Shown: one piece after another, positions 26,003-35,050 of the stretch
Layout of the letters: every line of letters begins with the position of its first letter
How positions within the stretch are numbered: position 1 is the first letter of the stretch
NCBI GenBank assembly: GCA_012961845.1
Contig: DTYO01000237.1
Location: forward strand, 1-36,858
Source of the DNA: Thermodesulfobacteriaceae bacterium
Lineage (GTDB): Bacteria > Desulfobacterota > Dissulfuribacteria > Dissulfuribacterales > UBA3076
Direction: 5' to 3'
DNA length: 36,858 nt
Notes under the pieces: generated by a model
The model's input: the letters and a program-made list of their open reading frames with translations, nothing else
Told to the model about the DNA's origin: nothing
Database searches by the model: none
Program-made: the position numbers and the translations under genes

Positions 26003-27724
26003 TTATGGACAGGCACTGGAAAGCATTTCGCGAATACTCTCCAGTGCCTTGTCCCTGGAGACCACAATGGAGTCTCCCGTTTTCCGGGTCTTTATTTCCA
26101 CTTCGTTTTTTTCTTTCAGACGCCTGCCGACAGTAATACGAAATGGTATGCCTATGAGGTCAGCATCCTTGAACTTGACACCCGGCCGCTCCCTGCGGTC
26201 GTCAAGCAGTACTTCTATACCGAGTTCCGCCAACTGGCCGTAAAGCTTTTCAGCAGCTTCCATGATATCAGAATCTTTGACATTGACAGGTGAAATTATG
26301 ACCTGAAAGGGTGCTACTGGAACCGGAAAAACAATTCCGTTCTCATCGTGATTCTGCTCTATGGCGGCAGCCACGGTCCGGCCCACCCCTATGCCGTAGC
26401 ACCCCATTACTATAGGCCGCTTCCTGCCTCTGGCATCGAGGAACGAAGCCCCCATGGCCTCGCTGTACTTGATGCCGAGCTTGAATATGTGCCCGACCTC
26501 TATTCCTCTCCTGAGCTCTATTCCGCCTCCGCACACCGGACACGGATCTTCCGGGCTTATGACCCTGATGTCGGCGAATTCCGGCCGTGGCAGATCTCTG
26601 CCCCAGTTCACCCCCACGCAATGTGCATCCGCCTCATTGGCACCTATCACAAAATCGGTCATGGTTTCAAGACACTGATCTGCAACAATCCTCACACTGT
26701 CAAGCCCCACAGGTCCGGCAAATCCCGGAGGCGCCCCGGTGATGAGCCTCACAGCCTCATCATCTGCGAACACCAGTTCCTCTACCCCGAGGAAACGCTT
26801 AAGTTTGACTTCGTTGAGTTCGTGATCACCTCTTATGAGAACAGCCACAGGCTCATCACCATCTGCAAGAAGAATGAGCGTCTTGACCAGCGTATCCGGT
26901 CCGATACCGAGAAATATCGAAACCTCTTCTATGGACCTCTTGCCCGGTGTATTCACCTTTTCCATATCCCAGCCGGGTTCCAGGGGTTCAACCTTGTCTG
27001 CCAGCACACGCACCGGAGCAAGCTCAACATTGGCAGCATAATTGCACTCTGTGCAGCATGCTATCAGGTCTTCTCCGGTCTCGGCCAGTACCATGAATTC
27101 ATGAGAAGCCTCGCCTCCTATGCTGCCTGTATCCGCTTCCACAGGCCTGAAATCCAGCCCGCAGCGCTCAAATATCCTCGAATAAGCCTTGTGCATCTTT
27201 CCGTACGTCGTGTCAAGGGCCTCATAATCGCAGTCAAAACTGTAGGCATCCTTCATGATGAATTCACGCCCTCTCATGAGGCCGAATCTGGGACGTATTT
27301 CGTCGCGGAATTTGGTCTTTATCTGGTACAGATTGAGCGGCATATCCCTATATGAACGGATCTCGCCCCTGACCAGATCGGTTATGACCTCTTCATGGGT
27401 AGGTCCCAGGCAGAATTCCCGGTGGTGCCTGTCCTTGAAACGCAGAAGTTCCTTGCCGTACCTCTCCCACCTGTCACTCTCCCGCCACAATTCCGCAGGC
27501 TGGACCATGGGCATGAGCAGCTCCTGTGCTCCCACCCGGTTCATCTCCTCTCGGATGATCTTCTCCACCTTTCGGAGTATCCTCAGGCCCAGTGGAAGGT
27601 ATGAATAGAGGCCAGAAGCGAGTTTTCGTATCATGCCCGCCCGCAGCATGAGCTTATGGGACACCACCTCCGCCTCGGCAGGATTTTCCTTCAAGGTAGG
27701 CAAAAACAATCTTGAATATCTCAT
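26003..27724 (-). CDS. proS: Proline--tRNA ligase (bacterial type with editing insertion)
   Basis: The sequence begins MRYSRLFLPTLKENPAEAEVVSHKLMLRAGMIRKLASGLYSYLPLG and shows class II motifs (FRDEIRPRFGLMRGREF). The ATG overlaps the ispG stop as TAATG. Confidence 0.95.
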   Translation of the reverse strand: MRYSRLFLPTLKENPAEAEVVSHKLMLRAGMIRKLASGLYSYLPLGLRILRKVEKIIREEMNRVGAQELLMPMVQPAELWRESDRWERYGKELLRFKDRHHREFCLGPTHEEVITDLVRGEIRSYRDMPLNLYQIKTKFRDEIRPRFGLMRGREFIMKDAYSFDCDYEALDTTYGKMHKAYSRIFERCGLDFRPVEADTGSIGGEASHEFMVLAETGEDLIACCTECNYAANVELAPVRVLADKVEPLEPGWDMEKVNTPGKRSIEEVSIFLGIGPDTLVKTLILLADGDEPVAVLIRGDHELNEVKLKRFLGVEELVFADDEAVRLITGAPPGFAGPVGLDSVRIVADQCLETMTDFVIGANEADAHCVGVNWGRDLPRPEFADIRVISPEDPCPVCGGGIELRRGIEVGHIFKLGIKYSEAMGASFLDARGRKRPIVMGCYGIGVGRTVAAAIEQNHDENGIVFPVPVAPFQVIISPVNVKDSDIMEAAEKLYGQLAELGIEVLLDDRRERPGVKFKDADLIGIPFRITVGRRLKEKNEVEIKTRKTGDSIVVSRDKALESIREMLSSACP

Positions 27725-28830
27725 TATTTTTCAGTCTCCACCATTTTTTCCACTTCTCCCCAGAATTCTTCAAGGAGGTCATCTTCCGGTACTTTCCTGA
27801 GGATGCGCCCTCCCTTGAAGATGATCCCCACTCCCTTGCCCCCAGCCAGACCTATGTCGGCCTCCTTTGCCTCACCGGGCCCGTTTACCACGCAGCCCAT
27901 GACCGCCATTTTCAAGGTATCCGGAATCTTGCGGGATCTGCGCTCCACCTCTGAAGCCAGGGAAAAAAGATCGATCTCACAGCGCCCGCAGGTAGGACAG
28001 GAAATAATTTCCGGGCCACGCTGACGGACATGCACAGCTCTCAAGATCTCATAGGCCACCTGGATCTCCTCTACAGGATCTCTGGTCAGAGAAACCCGCA
28101 GGGTATCGCCAATTCCTTCCATGAGAAGGATTCCAAGTGCAACACTGCTCTTTACCGTCCCGGGAATCAGGCCTCCGGCCTCTGTCACCCCGAGATGAAA
28201 GGGGAAATCCGTCTTGTCCGCCAACAGCCTGTAAGCCTGCACCGTAGTAAGCACATCAGAGGATTTTATAGATATTTTCATTAATTCATATCCCATATCG
28301 GCTATTAACGCCACATTTCTGAGTGCACTTTCCACCAGGGCCTCTGGAGCAGGACCGCCATATTTTTCCATCAGGTCCTTTTCCAGAGAACCCGAATTGA
28401 CACCCACCCGGATCGGGACCCGATATTCCCTGGCCTTTTTTACCACTTTTTCCAGTCGATCCGGCCCTCCAAGGTTTCCAGGATTGATACGTATCCCGTC
28501 AGCGCCTGCATTTATGGACGCAACGGCCAGACGCCAGTCGAAATGGATGTCCGCTATAACAGGTATGGAAATTGCTTTCTTTATGGACGTTATAGCCTCG
28601 GCGGCAGGAATGTCCAGTACAGCTACTCTGATTATTTCACAGCCCACATCCTGCAGACGGTGAATCTGTGAAACGGTCGAGCTGACGTCCCTGGTATCCG
28701 TATTGGTCATAGACTGAACAACAACGGGGTGTTCGCCTCCGATCGGGACATCTCCCACATGGATGACCCGGGTGCTCCTCCGCTTACAGGAACATGTCTG
28801 TCTGTTTCGGGTGAAGTTTGATTTTTTCAT
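27724..28830 (-). CDS. ispG: 4-hydroxy-3-methylbut-2-en-1-yl diphosphate synthase (flavodoxin)
   Basis: The sequence shows VQSMTNTDT, IIRVAV, GINPGN-type (IRINPGNLG), and the C-terminal cluster ISCPTCGRC...GCVVNGPGE. Confidence 0.95.
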   Translation of the reverse strand: MKKSNFTRNRQTCSCKRRSTRVIHVGDVPIGGEHPVVVQSMTNTDTRDVSSTVSQIHRLQDVGCEIIRVAVLDIPAAEAITSIKKAISIPVIADIHFDWRLAVASINAGADGIRINPGNLGGPDRLEKVVKKAREYRVPIRVGVNSGSLEKDLMEKYGGPAPEALVESALRNVALIADMGYELMKISIKSSDVLTTVQAYRLLADKTDFPFHLGVTEAGGLIPGTVKSSVALGILLMEGIGDTLRVSLTRDPVEEIQVAYEILRAVHVRQRGPEIISCPTCGRCEIDLFSLASEVERRSRKIPDTLKMAVMGCVVNGPGEAKEADIGLAGGKGVGIIFKGGRILRKVPEDDLLEEFWGEVEKMVETEK

Positions 28831-28880
28831 AATGATGAATGATATATTATGACGATCAAATCAGCAATGCCGACTAAAAC

Positions 28881-28909
28881 TTGACACATATCGTACTGAA
28901 ACCGATACT
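28881..28909 (+). promoter_or_regulatory. Putative sigma70-type promoter for the 28934 gene
   Basis: TTGACA (28881-28886), a 17-nt spacer, then GATACT (28904-28909). An AGGAG RBS lies at 28921-28925. This is a motif match only. Confidence 0.35.
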
Positions 28910-28933
28910 TAAACATAATCAGGAGCTACGGCC

Positions 28934-29380
28934 ATGAAAATTCAATCCGACCTGAATAAAATCCTGCTTGAAAGACAGTCTCAGACAATAAACAGGAACG
29001 ACAGTCCTGACAACGACCACAGATCCTTTTCAGAAATCCTCAATTCCACTGCGGCAGCCAGCCAGGCAGATCCTGTCCAGAGAACAGTTCCCACTGAGCT
29101 GTCAGGCATCACCGGCCTGACCGAATCTCAGCAGGCAGTCCTGAACTTGGCTGAACAGTCTCTTGACCTGCTGGATCATTACGGTACCATGCTGGAAGAC
29201 CCCGGCCTTTCTGCAAAGGATCTGGAACCGGTTGCCGAAGCCCTGGCAAGCCAGTCAGAAGACCTCAGGAAATTAAGGGACTCTCTTGAAGACCATGATC
29301 CTCTGCGGGATACGGCTGATGCAATTGGCATTATCTCCGCAGTAGAAGCAGCAAAAATCAACAGGGGAGACTATGAATAG
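28934..29380 (+). CDS. Hypothetical acidic protein with no family recognised
   Basis: The ORF is 148 codons with an AGGAG RBS and is rich in Asp, Glu and Leu. It is predicted helical (LNLAEQSLDLLDHYGTMLED...LRKLRDSLEDHD). It lies upstream of, and co-oriented with, a response-regulator gene. Confidence 0.5.
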   Translation: MKIQSDLNKILLERQSQTINRNDSPDNDHRSFSEILNSTAAASQADPVQRTVPTELSGITGLTESQQAVLNLAEQSLDLLDHYGTMLEDPGLSAKDLEPVAEALASQSEDLRKLRDSLEDHDPLRDTADAIGIISAVEAAKINRGDYE

Positions 29381-29512
29381 GTACCTCTGAAAATCAGGAG
29401 TTTTGTTCAGAAACAAGGCATACAGAAAAAATAACTGCAGACATCGCAGTGATATTTCAAGGATATTTTTTTTACGTACAACAAAGTTGCGGGGCAAAAG
29501 AACATTTTTTTG
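29380..29512 (-). repeat. Copy B (inverted orientation) of the conserved intergenic element of about 125 nt
   Basis: The reverse complement aligns with copy A, including an exact 25-nt match at 29485-29509. The GGTACC end at 29380-29385 overlaps the TAG stop of the upstream gene. Confidence 0.85.
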
Positions 29513-29535
29513 GCGACCCTCTGTAGATACGGGCC

Positions 29536-29916
29536 ATGTCCATGAACCAGGTGAATACTAACAAAAAACACATTCTTGTCATTGAAGATGACAAGGAAGT
29601 CAGAAACATGCTGGAAGACTATCTCACATATCTTGACTACAGCGTTTCAGCAGTAGATGACGGCCTGAAAGGGCTTAAAAAGATAAAAGACGGACGGTAT
29701 GATCTGGTAATAACGGACATCACCATTCCGTATGTCAGTGGGATAGGCATCATTTCAGTCCTGAAACAGGATTATCCTGATATTCCTGTGATCGCCATAA
29801 CCGGCTTCGGGTACCATGCCGAAGAACTTGCCTATGAAAAAAAAGCAGATCATATATTGAGCAAGCCATTTGAAATCCAGGAACTCCGAGAAGTGATTTC
29901 CGGTTTTCTTGCCTGA
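29536..29916 (+). CDS. Single-domain response regulator (CheY-like receiver)
   Basis: The sequence HILVIEDDKEVRNML...YDLVITDITIPYVSG...PVIAITGFG...SKPF shows the acidic pocket, the phosphoacceptor Asp and the conserved Thr/Lys positions. The start is 29536 or 29542. Confidence 0.85.
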   Translation: MSMNQVNTNKKHILVIEDDKEVRNMLEDYLTYLDYSVSAVDDGLKGLKKIKDGRYDLVITDITIPYVSGIGIISVLKQDYPDIPVIAITGFGYHAEELAYEKKADHILSKPFEIQELREVISGFLA

Positions 29917-30163
29917 ACCTGCCGCATGATGAAAATCTAGACAGAAGGAGAGAGGCAGGAATGATCCGCACTACCGCACCCGGCAATCTAATTCATTTGG
30001 TCAATCCGCCTTGCAGGCACACAAAGAGTAATGTGTCTGTCAAGCCTTATGGCTAATGAAGTACAGAGAGTACGCCGGCATACCCTGCGTTTTTGCGTGC
30101 TGCAACCTGTGATAAATTGAGCATTATTCCTGCTTTTTTCTTTCCGCAAGAAGGAGGCTCCAT

Positions 30164-31708
30164 ATGCTGGTAGTCACTGCTGAACAGATGCAGGCGATTG
30201 ACCGCCAAACCATAGAACATTTTCTGATCCCCGGCCTGATACTCATGGAAAATGCAGGGCGCGGTGTATCTGATCTGGTCATGCAGCGGTACAGCCGCCA
30301 GCTTGACACCGGCGGCGCATTGGTGCTGATAGGGCCTGGCAACAACGGTGGCGACGGATTTGTCATAGCCAGGCATCTTTTCCAGGCGGGTTACAGGGTC
30401 AGAATGCTGCTGCTGGCCTCGGAGAAAAAATTTCAGGAAGAAGCCCTCACAAATTTCCACGCAGCAAAGAGGCTGAAAATTCCCTGCATCCAGTGCCTGG
30501 AATCGGATGCCATTCAATCCGTCAGTGATTTCTTCAAGACCTCCGGAGTCATCATAGATTCCATTTTCGGGACAGGTCTCACAAGAGAAGTAAAAGGCCG
30601 TTTTGCACAGGCAATAGAAATGGCAAATGCCAGCCCCTCTCCCGTGGTGGCGGTGGACACCCCTTCAGGATTATGCACCGACACGGGCCGACCTCTGGGA
30701 ACCGCCATCAGGGCAGACATCACAGCCACCATGGCGCTGACCAAACTGGGACATGTTCTGGAAGATGGCCCTGCGTTCACCGGGGAACTCATGGTAGTTG
30801 AAATCGGCATTCCATCCGCCGCTGTTTCAAAAGCGGCAATACAATGTGAGCTTTTCGACAAAGACTCCTTTCAGGCTCTTCTTGGCCCAAGGCCGAATGC
30901 CGGCCACAAGGGAACTTTCGGACACACCCTTGTTCTTGCGGGCTCCAGGGGCAAGACCGGAGCTGCTGCACTCACTGCCCGCGGCGCCATGAGATCCGGA
31001 GCAGGTCTCGTAACACTGGGCTGTCCTGATGAAGTCCAGCCTGTACTTGCAGGAAAACTCACCGAGGCCATGACGGAAGGACTCCCCGCCACACCGGACG
31101 GCACAATTTCTTCCGCCGCCCTGCCGGAAATTGAAAAGCTGGCTGACCGAAAACAGGCAGTGGCCATAGGCCCCGGTATCGGGCTTCACACAGATACTCA
31201 GGCCGCCGTCCTGGATATCATCAGAAAGGCCGGTGTACCCCTGGTGGCCGACGCGGATGCCCTTACCGCAATCGGCACCGACCATGCCCTTGTATCCGCT
31301 GCACAGTCCCCCAGAATTCTTACCCCCCATCCGGGAGAGATGGCCCGCCTGCTGGGATGCTCTACTTCCCGGGTACAGGAAGATAGAATCGCGGCAGCAC
31401 GCTCCCTGGCAGAAACCACCAAGGCCGTGGTGGTACTCAAGGGCGCCAGGACCATTATCGCGGATCCAGCCGGCATAACAGCGATCAACTCTTCAGGAAA
31501 TCCTGGAATGGCCTCAGGGGGGATGGGCGATATTCTTACCGGAATCATAGGAGGCCTCCTGGCCCAGGGATACAGCGCATGGGATGCTGCCCGGATCGGT
31601 GTATACTGCCATGGCAGAGCGGCAGACCAGATGGCACGAATCCGAGGCAACTGGGGCTATCTGGCCAGTGAGGTGGCCGACTGGCTGCCCAGGCTGTGGA
31701 GACCGTAA
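30164..31708 (+). CDS. nnr: Bifunctional NAD(P)H-hydrate repair enzyme (epimerase / ADP-dependent dehydratase)
   Basis: An N-terminal YjeF_N domain (GPGNNGGDGFV) is followed by a C-terminal carbohydrate-kinase domain (GHKGTFGH, GPGIG, GMASGGMGDILTG). An AAGGAGG RBS lies at 30150-30156. Confidence 0.9.
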   Translation: MLVVTAEQMQAIDRQTIEHFLIPGLILMENAGRGVSDLVMQRYSRQLDTGGALVLIGPGNNGGDGFVIARHLFQAGYRVRMLLLASEKKFQEEALTNFHAAKRLKIPCIQCLESDAIQSVSDFFKTSGVIIDSIFGTGLTREVKGRFAQAIEMANASPSPVVAVDTPSGLCTDTGRPLGTAIRADITATMALTKLGHVLEDGPAFTGELMVVEIGIPSAAVSKAAIQCELFDKDSFQALLGPRPNAGHKGTFGHTLVLAGSRGKTGAAALTARGAMRSGAGLVTLGCPDEVQPVLAGKLTEAMTEGLPATPDGTISSAALPEIEKLADRKQAVAIGPGIGLHTDTQAAVLDIIRKAGVPLVADADALTAIGTDHALVSAAQSPRILTPHPGEMARLLGCSTSRVQEDRIAAARSLAETTKAVVVLKGARTIIADPAGITAINSSGNPGMASGGMGDILTGIIGGLLAQGYSAWDAARIGVYCHGRAADQMARIRGNWGYLASEVADWLPRLWRP

Positions 31709-31724
31709 CCTTCATGTATATGCA

Positions 31725-32978
31725 TCAGGAATGCGTCCCCAGGCCTTCCTCCAGGCACGATATATCTTCCCTCATCCAAGCCAGAAGCATTAAGCCCGGC
31801 ACGGCAACCAGAGTTGTGATAAAAAAGAATGGCGGCCACCCGATCCATTCAACCAGGAAACCGGACGGAGGTCCGACAAATACCCGGCCGGCAGATGCCA
31901 AAGCCGACAGCAATGCGTACTGAGTGGCTGTAAAACGATGATGACAGAGGGACATCAGAAAAGCGACAAAGGCAGCTGTACCCATGCCGCCTGAAAGATT
32001 TTCAAACCCCACCGCCGCTATCATCACCCAGTATTTCTTGCCCATCCATGCCAGGATCATGAACGAAAGGTTTGATGCTGCCTGAAGGACTCCGAAAAAC
32101 ATCAGTGAACGGAACAGCCCCATCCTCGCCATCAGACCGCCTCCGACCAGGGCACCTGCAAGTGTTGAGGCAAGCCCGAGCCCTTTGTTGATGGTCCCCA
32201 CATCCGTGGGGCTGAAACCGACCCCCCGGATGAGAAATGCCGTAGTCAGGGTACCGGCAAATGCATCTCCCAGTTTGTAAAGTACTATCACGGCCAGGAA
32301 AAAAAATGCACCGGGTCTCGAAAAGAATTCACTGAGCGGACCCCACACAGCGTCAGCCAGAGTTACAGGGGCCGAGAATTCTTCCTCAGGCTCAGGTCCG
32401 GCAAATGTGACTGCTACACCTGTCATCATCACTGCCGCCATGATCAGATAAGTGAGAGACCAGCCGATCATGTCTGCCATGATCAGTGCAAACGCTCCCG
32501 AAACCAGCATTGCGATTCTGTAACCGGTTACCGAGAGACCTACACCCAATCCCCTTTCATGCACCTTGAGAAGATCGGTCCTGTAGGCATCGATGACAAT
32601 ATCCTGGGAAGCGGAGCTGAAAGCCAGGAAAACGGCAAGCACCGCCATCCTGAAAGGCATGGCGGCAGGAGAGACCAATGCCATGGTGGCCAGCACGGCA
32701 GCGAGAACGCACTGTGTCACAAACATCCATCCCCGCCGTCTTCCCAGCCACGGCATGCTAAATCGGTCCATGGCAGGCGACCACAGGAATTTTATCGTGT
32801 AGGGAATGCCGCATATGGAAAAGAGACCGATAGTCCGGATATCCACGCCGTCCACTGCAAGCCATGCCTGAAGGGTTCCTCCCGAAAGGGCCAGCGGAAG
32901 CCCTGACGCAAACCCCAGGGGCAGCATGACAGCCAGCCTTTTGTTCATATGAAGCAGAGTAAAATGCCTGTACTTCAT
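31725..32978 (-). CDS. ampG: AmpG-family muropeptide MFS permease
   Basis: The sequence LGFASGLPLALSGGTLQAWL...KFLWSPAMDRF...GRRRGWM is typical of AmpG, and the protein is a polytopic MFS transporter. The start is 32978 or 32948. Confidence 0.8.
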   Translation of the reverse strand: MKYRHFTLLHMNKRLAVMLPLGFASGLPLALSGGTLQAWLAVDGVDIRTIGLFSICGIPYTIKFLWSPAMDRFSMPWLGRRRGWMFVTQCVLAAVLATMALVSPAAMPFRMAVLAVFLAFSSASQDIVIDAYRTDLLKVHERGLGVGLSVTGYRIAMLVSGAFALIMADMIGWSLTYLIMAAVMMTGVAVTFAGPEPEEEFSAPVTLADAVWGPLSEFFSRPGAFFFLAVIVLYKLGDAFAGTLTTAFLIRGVGFSPTDVGTINKGLGLASTLAGALVGGGLMARMGLFRSLMFFGVLQAASNLSFMILAWMGKKYWVMIAAVGFENLSGGMGTAAFVAFLMSLCHHRFTATQYALLSALASAGRVFVGPPSGFLVEWIGWPPFFFITTLVAVPGLMLLAWMREDISCLEEGLGTHS

Positions 32979-33118
32979 TCGGGACCGCTTGACTGATTCT
33001 CGACAAATTGCAGGCTTGCTTCCTGGACGATCACCTTATAGACTGAAGCAGGGCTGTCCGGTGACTTCCAGAATCTTCCTACAGGACAGACGGCAAACTC
33101 ACAAAAAGGAGAAATCAT

Positions 33119-33463
33119 ATGGATAATTGTCTCTTCTGCAAAATCATCTCAGGTGAAATCAAAGCCGATGTGGTATACCAGAATGAAGACGTCTTTGCCT
33201 TCCGTGACATCAATCCCCAGGCACCGGTCCATGTCCTCATAATACCTAAAAAGCATATCTCCACAACCAACGACATCACACCCGCAGATACGAACCTTAT
33301 GGGAAAGCTCCTGGTTGCCGCCAGAGACATTGCGGAAAAAGAAGGCATCGCCCAGTCAGGATACCGTCAGGTCCTGAACTGCAATGCCCATGGAGGACAG
33401 GAAGTATTTCACATCCATCTGCACCTAATCGGCGGAAGGCAAATGACATGGCCGCCGGGTTAA
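33119..33463 (+). CDS. Histidine triad (HIT) nucleotide-binding protein
   Basis: The sequence shows CLFCKIISGEI, AFRDINPQAPVHVLIIPKKH and the HIHLHLIGG HIT motif. An AAGGAG RBS is present. Confidence 0.9.
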   Translation: MDNCLFCKIISGEIKADVVYQNEDVFAFRDINPQAPVHVLIIPKKHISTTNDITPADTNLMGKLLVAARDIAEKEGIAQSGYRQVLNCNAHGGQEVFHIHLHLIGGRQMTWPPG

Positions 33464-33608
33464 TCCTGTATGGATGCCGTCAACTTCAGATCGGAAGTAA
33501 TGATCTGATCACAGGTTCTGCATATACAAGGCGGAAAGCGTGCTGACAGACTCCGGGTACTTCGAGTGGCTGGCAGTACACAGACGCGGCACCGTGTGAC
33601 TGCACACA

Positions 33609-34115
33609 TCAGATCGCGGACACGAACCATCCCACCATGGCCGTAGCAATAACCAGTTTCAAAATGGTCCCGCCGAAAAATCCCCAGAAACTTCCAAGGC
33701 TCGCATGAAGGGCCTTTTTCATTTCCTCGCCCATGAACCACTCGCCTAAAAAGGCTCCGATCAGAGGTCCGGCCACCAGTCCTGCCGGACCAATCACAAA
33801 AACAAGGAAAGAACCCAAAAAAGCGCCTCTGGCCGCCGCCTTCGACCCGCCATAACGTCTTACCCCCCATGCCGAGGCCCAGAAATCAACCAGATAGCTG
33901 AACGCCACCAGCACAACCTGGCCAGCAAAAAAGCCTGCACCCAGACTCTGGAAACCGGTCATCCATCCATAAAAAAGAAAACCGGCAAAGATTATAGCAG
34001 TACCCGGTATTACGGGTACGATTGTGCCCATGAAACCGACAATACTGCAGGGTACCGCGATAACAAGCCCCCAGAAGGCGGAGGTAATGGAGATATCGAA
34101 AGCCGGAAGCTGCAT
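33609..34115 (-). CDS. DUF456 family membrane protein
   Basis: The protein has four hydrophobic helices with VPVIPGTAIIFAGFLFYGW and GPLIGAFLGE patterns typical of DUF456. The family assignment is from memory and was not searched. Confidence 0.55.
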   Translation of the reverse strand: MQLPAFDISITSAFWGLVIAVPCSIVGFMGTIVPVIPGTAIIFAGFLFYGWMTGFQSLGAGFFAGQVVLVAFSYLVDFWASAWGVRRYGGSKAAARGAFLGSFLVFVIGPAGLVAGPLIGAFLGEWFMGEEMKKALHASLGSFWGFFGGTILKLVIATAMVGWFVSAI

Positions 34116-34193
34116 GATTGATGGTTACACCATCACCAGGACAAACACCAGGGTATAAAAAATATTTGAGGGCACTTCCAAAAGGGCATTTCT

Positions 34194-34313
34194 AAAAATT
34201 GCTCTCTTGCCCCGTAACCGTGTTGGACGCGACAAATATTCCTCGAAATATCAATGCAATATCTGCGGTTATTTTCCCTGTGCGCCTTGTTCCTGAACAA
34301 AAATCCTGATTTT
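34194..34313 (+). repeat. Copy C (most diverged) of the conserved intergenic element of about 125 nt
   Basis: The copy aligns with copy A, with identical blocks CTGCGGTTATTTTCC and TGTGCGCCTTGTT. It is flanked by the 8-bp inverted repeat AAGGGCAT (34182-34189) / ATGCCCTT (34320-34327). Confidence 0.8.
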
Positions 34314-34333
34314 ATGGAGATGCCCTTGAGCCA

Positions 34334-34867
34334 TTACCCACCTGGCCGTATCCGGTCCGTTATCCCGTTTTGTCCCAGCAACCGCCTGAGAAGCATCACA
34401 CTGTCCGGTGTGAAATTCTTTTTACGGCTCAGGGCCATGGCAGCTTCCGGACGGAGAAACTCCCCTCCTGCGACCTCTTCTTCCTGAAAAATCATGGGGC
34501 CGTCATGGACACACTTAAACACCCTGCCCCACACGCTATTACCCTCTTCACTGAAAAAGAAATCAAACAGGGTCTCAATGCATCGGGAGACGATGCCCAG
34601 CTCCTCAAAAAGCTCCCGCCTGGCCGACTCCTCGTATGTCTCGCCGGCAAGGACAACGCCACCTGCAGCTATTTCATAACAGCCAGGATAGATATCCTTA
34701 CCGGAAGTCCGCTTCATGACAAACAACTCGCCTCTGCTGTTATAGACGATGACATATGAAGCTCTGTGGGTCAGGTTGCCATTGCGCATTACCCTTCTGG
34801 CAACCCTACAGATTTCGTTGTTGTCTTCATCTACTATGGTTACCAGCTCGTCGCTTGGATTCGTCAT
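34334..34867 (-). CDS. NUDIX hydrolase (YfcD/Idi-like)
   Basis: The Nudix box GGVVLAGETYEESARRELFEELGI is present. ATG 34867 is preceded by a GAGG 6 nt upstream; the listed longer ORF to 34945 lacks an RBS. Confidence 0.8.
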   Translation of the reverse strand: MTNPSDELVTIVDEDNNEICRVARRVMRNGNLTHRASYVIVYNSRGELFVMKRTSGKDIYPGCYEIAAGGVVLAGETYEESARRELFEELGIVSRCIETLFDFFFSEEGNSVWGRVFKCVHDGPMIFQEEEVAGGEFLRPEAAMALSRKKNFTPDSVMLLRRLLGQNGITDRIRPGG

Positions 34868-35050
34868 CCGCGCCTCTTCTTGTCTCAAATTCAGGCCTGC
34901 CGCATATTCCCGGCCTGGACTGCAGCTGAAAAAATACAGTTGCATCAGTCAGAATGTCTATCTGATCCATGCCCAGACAGCAGATCTGCTGCTCGCCGTA
35001 TGTGCGACCGGCAACCTGCACGGCACCGATTCCTGGAAAGGATTTCACAG

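Noticed and set aside
30084-30110. An 11-nt match (TTTTTGCGTGC) to the repeat element in the response regulator-nnr spacer, plus a 31-codon ORF at about 29962 with an AGGAGAGAGG upstream.
   Set aside because: The match does not extend beyond 11 nt and is not colinear with the element. The mini-ORF has no supporting conservation that I can assess.
31708-31725. A search for a terminator between the convergent nnr and ampG genes. The 4718-4762 and 33464-33608 convergent gaps were searched in the same way.
   Set aside because: The first gap is only 16 nt. The others contain only 6-bp stems with long loops or no U-tract (GTCTGC/GCAGAC and CAGATC/GATCTG), which is too weak to call.
22745-34313. 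The possibility that the three repeats form a CRISPR array or a DGR template/variable repeat pair.
   Set aside because: The copies are about 125 nt long, lie 5-7 kb apart and one is inverted, so they are not a CRISPR array. Mismatches between copies involve all four bases rather than adenine-specific changes, and no reverse transcriptase or cas gene is present in the window.
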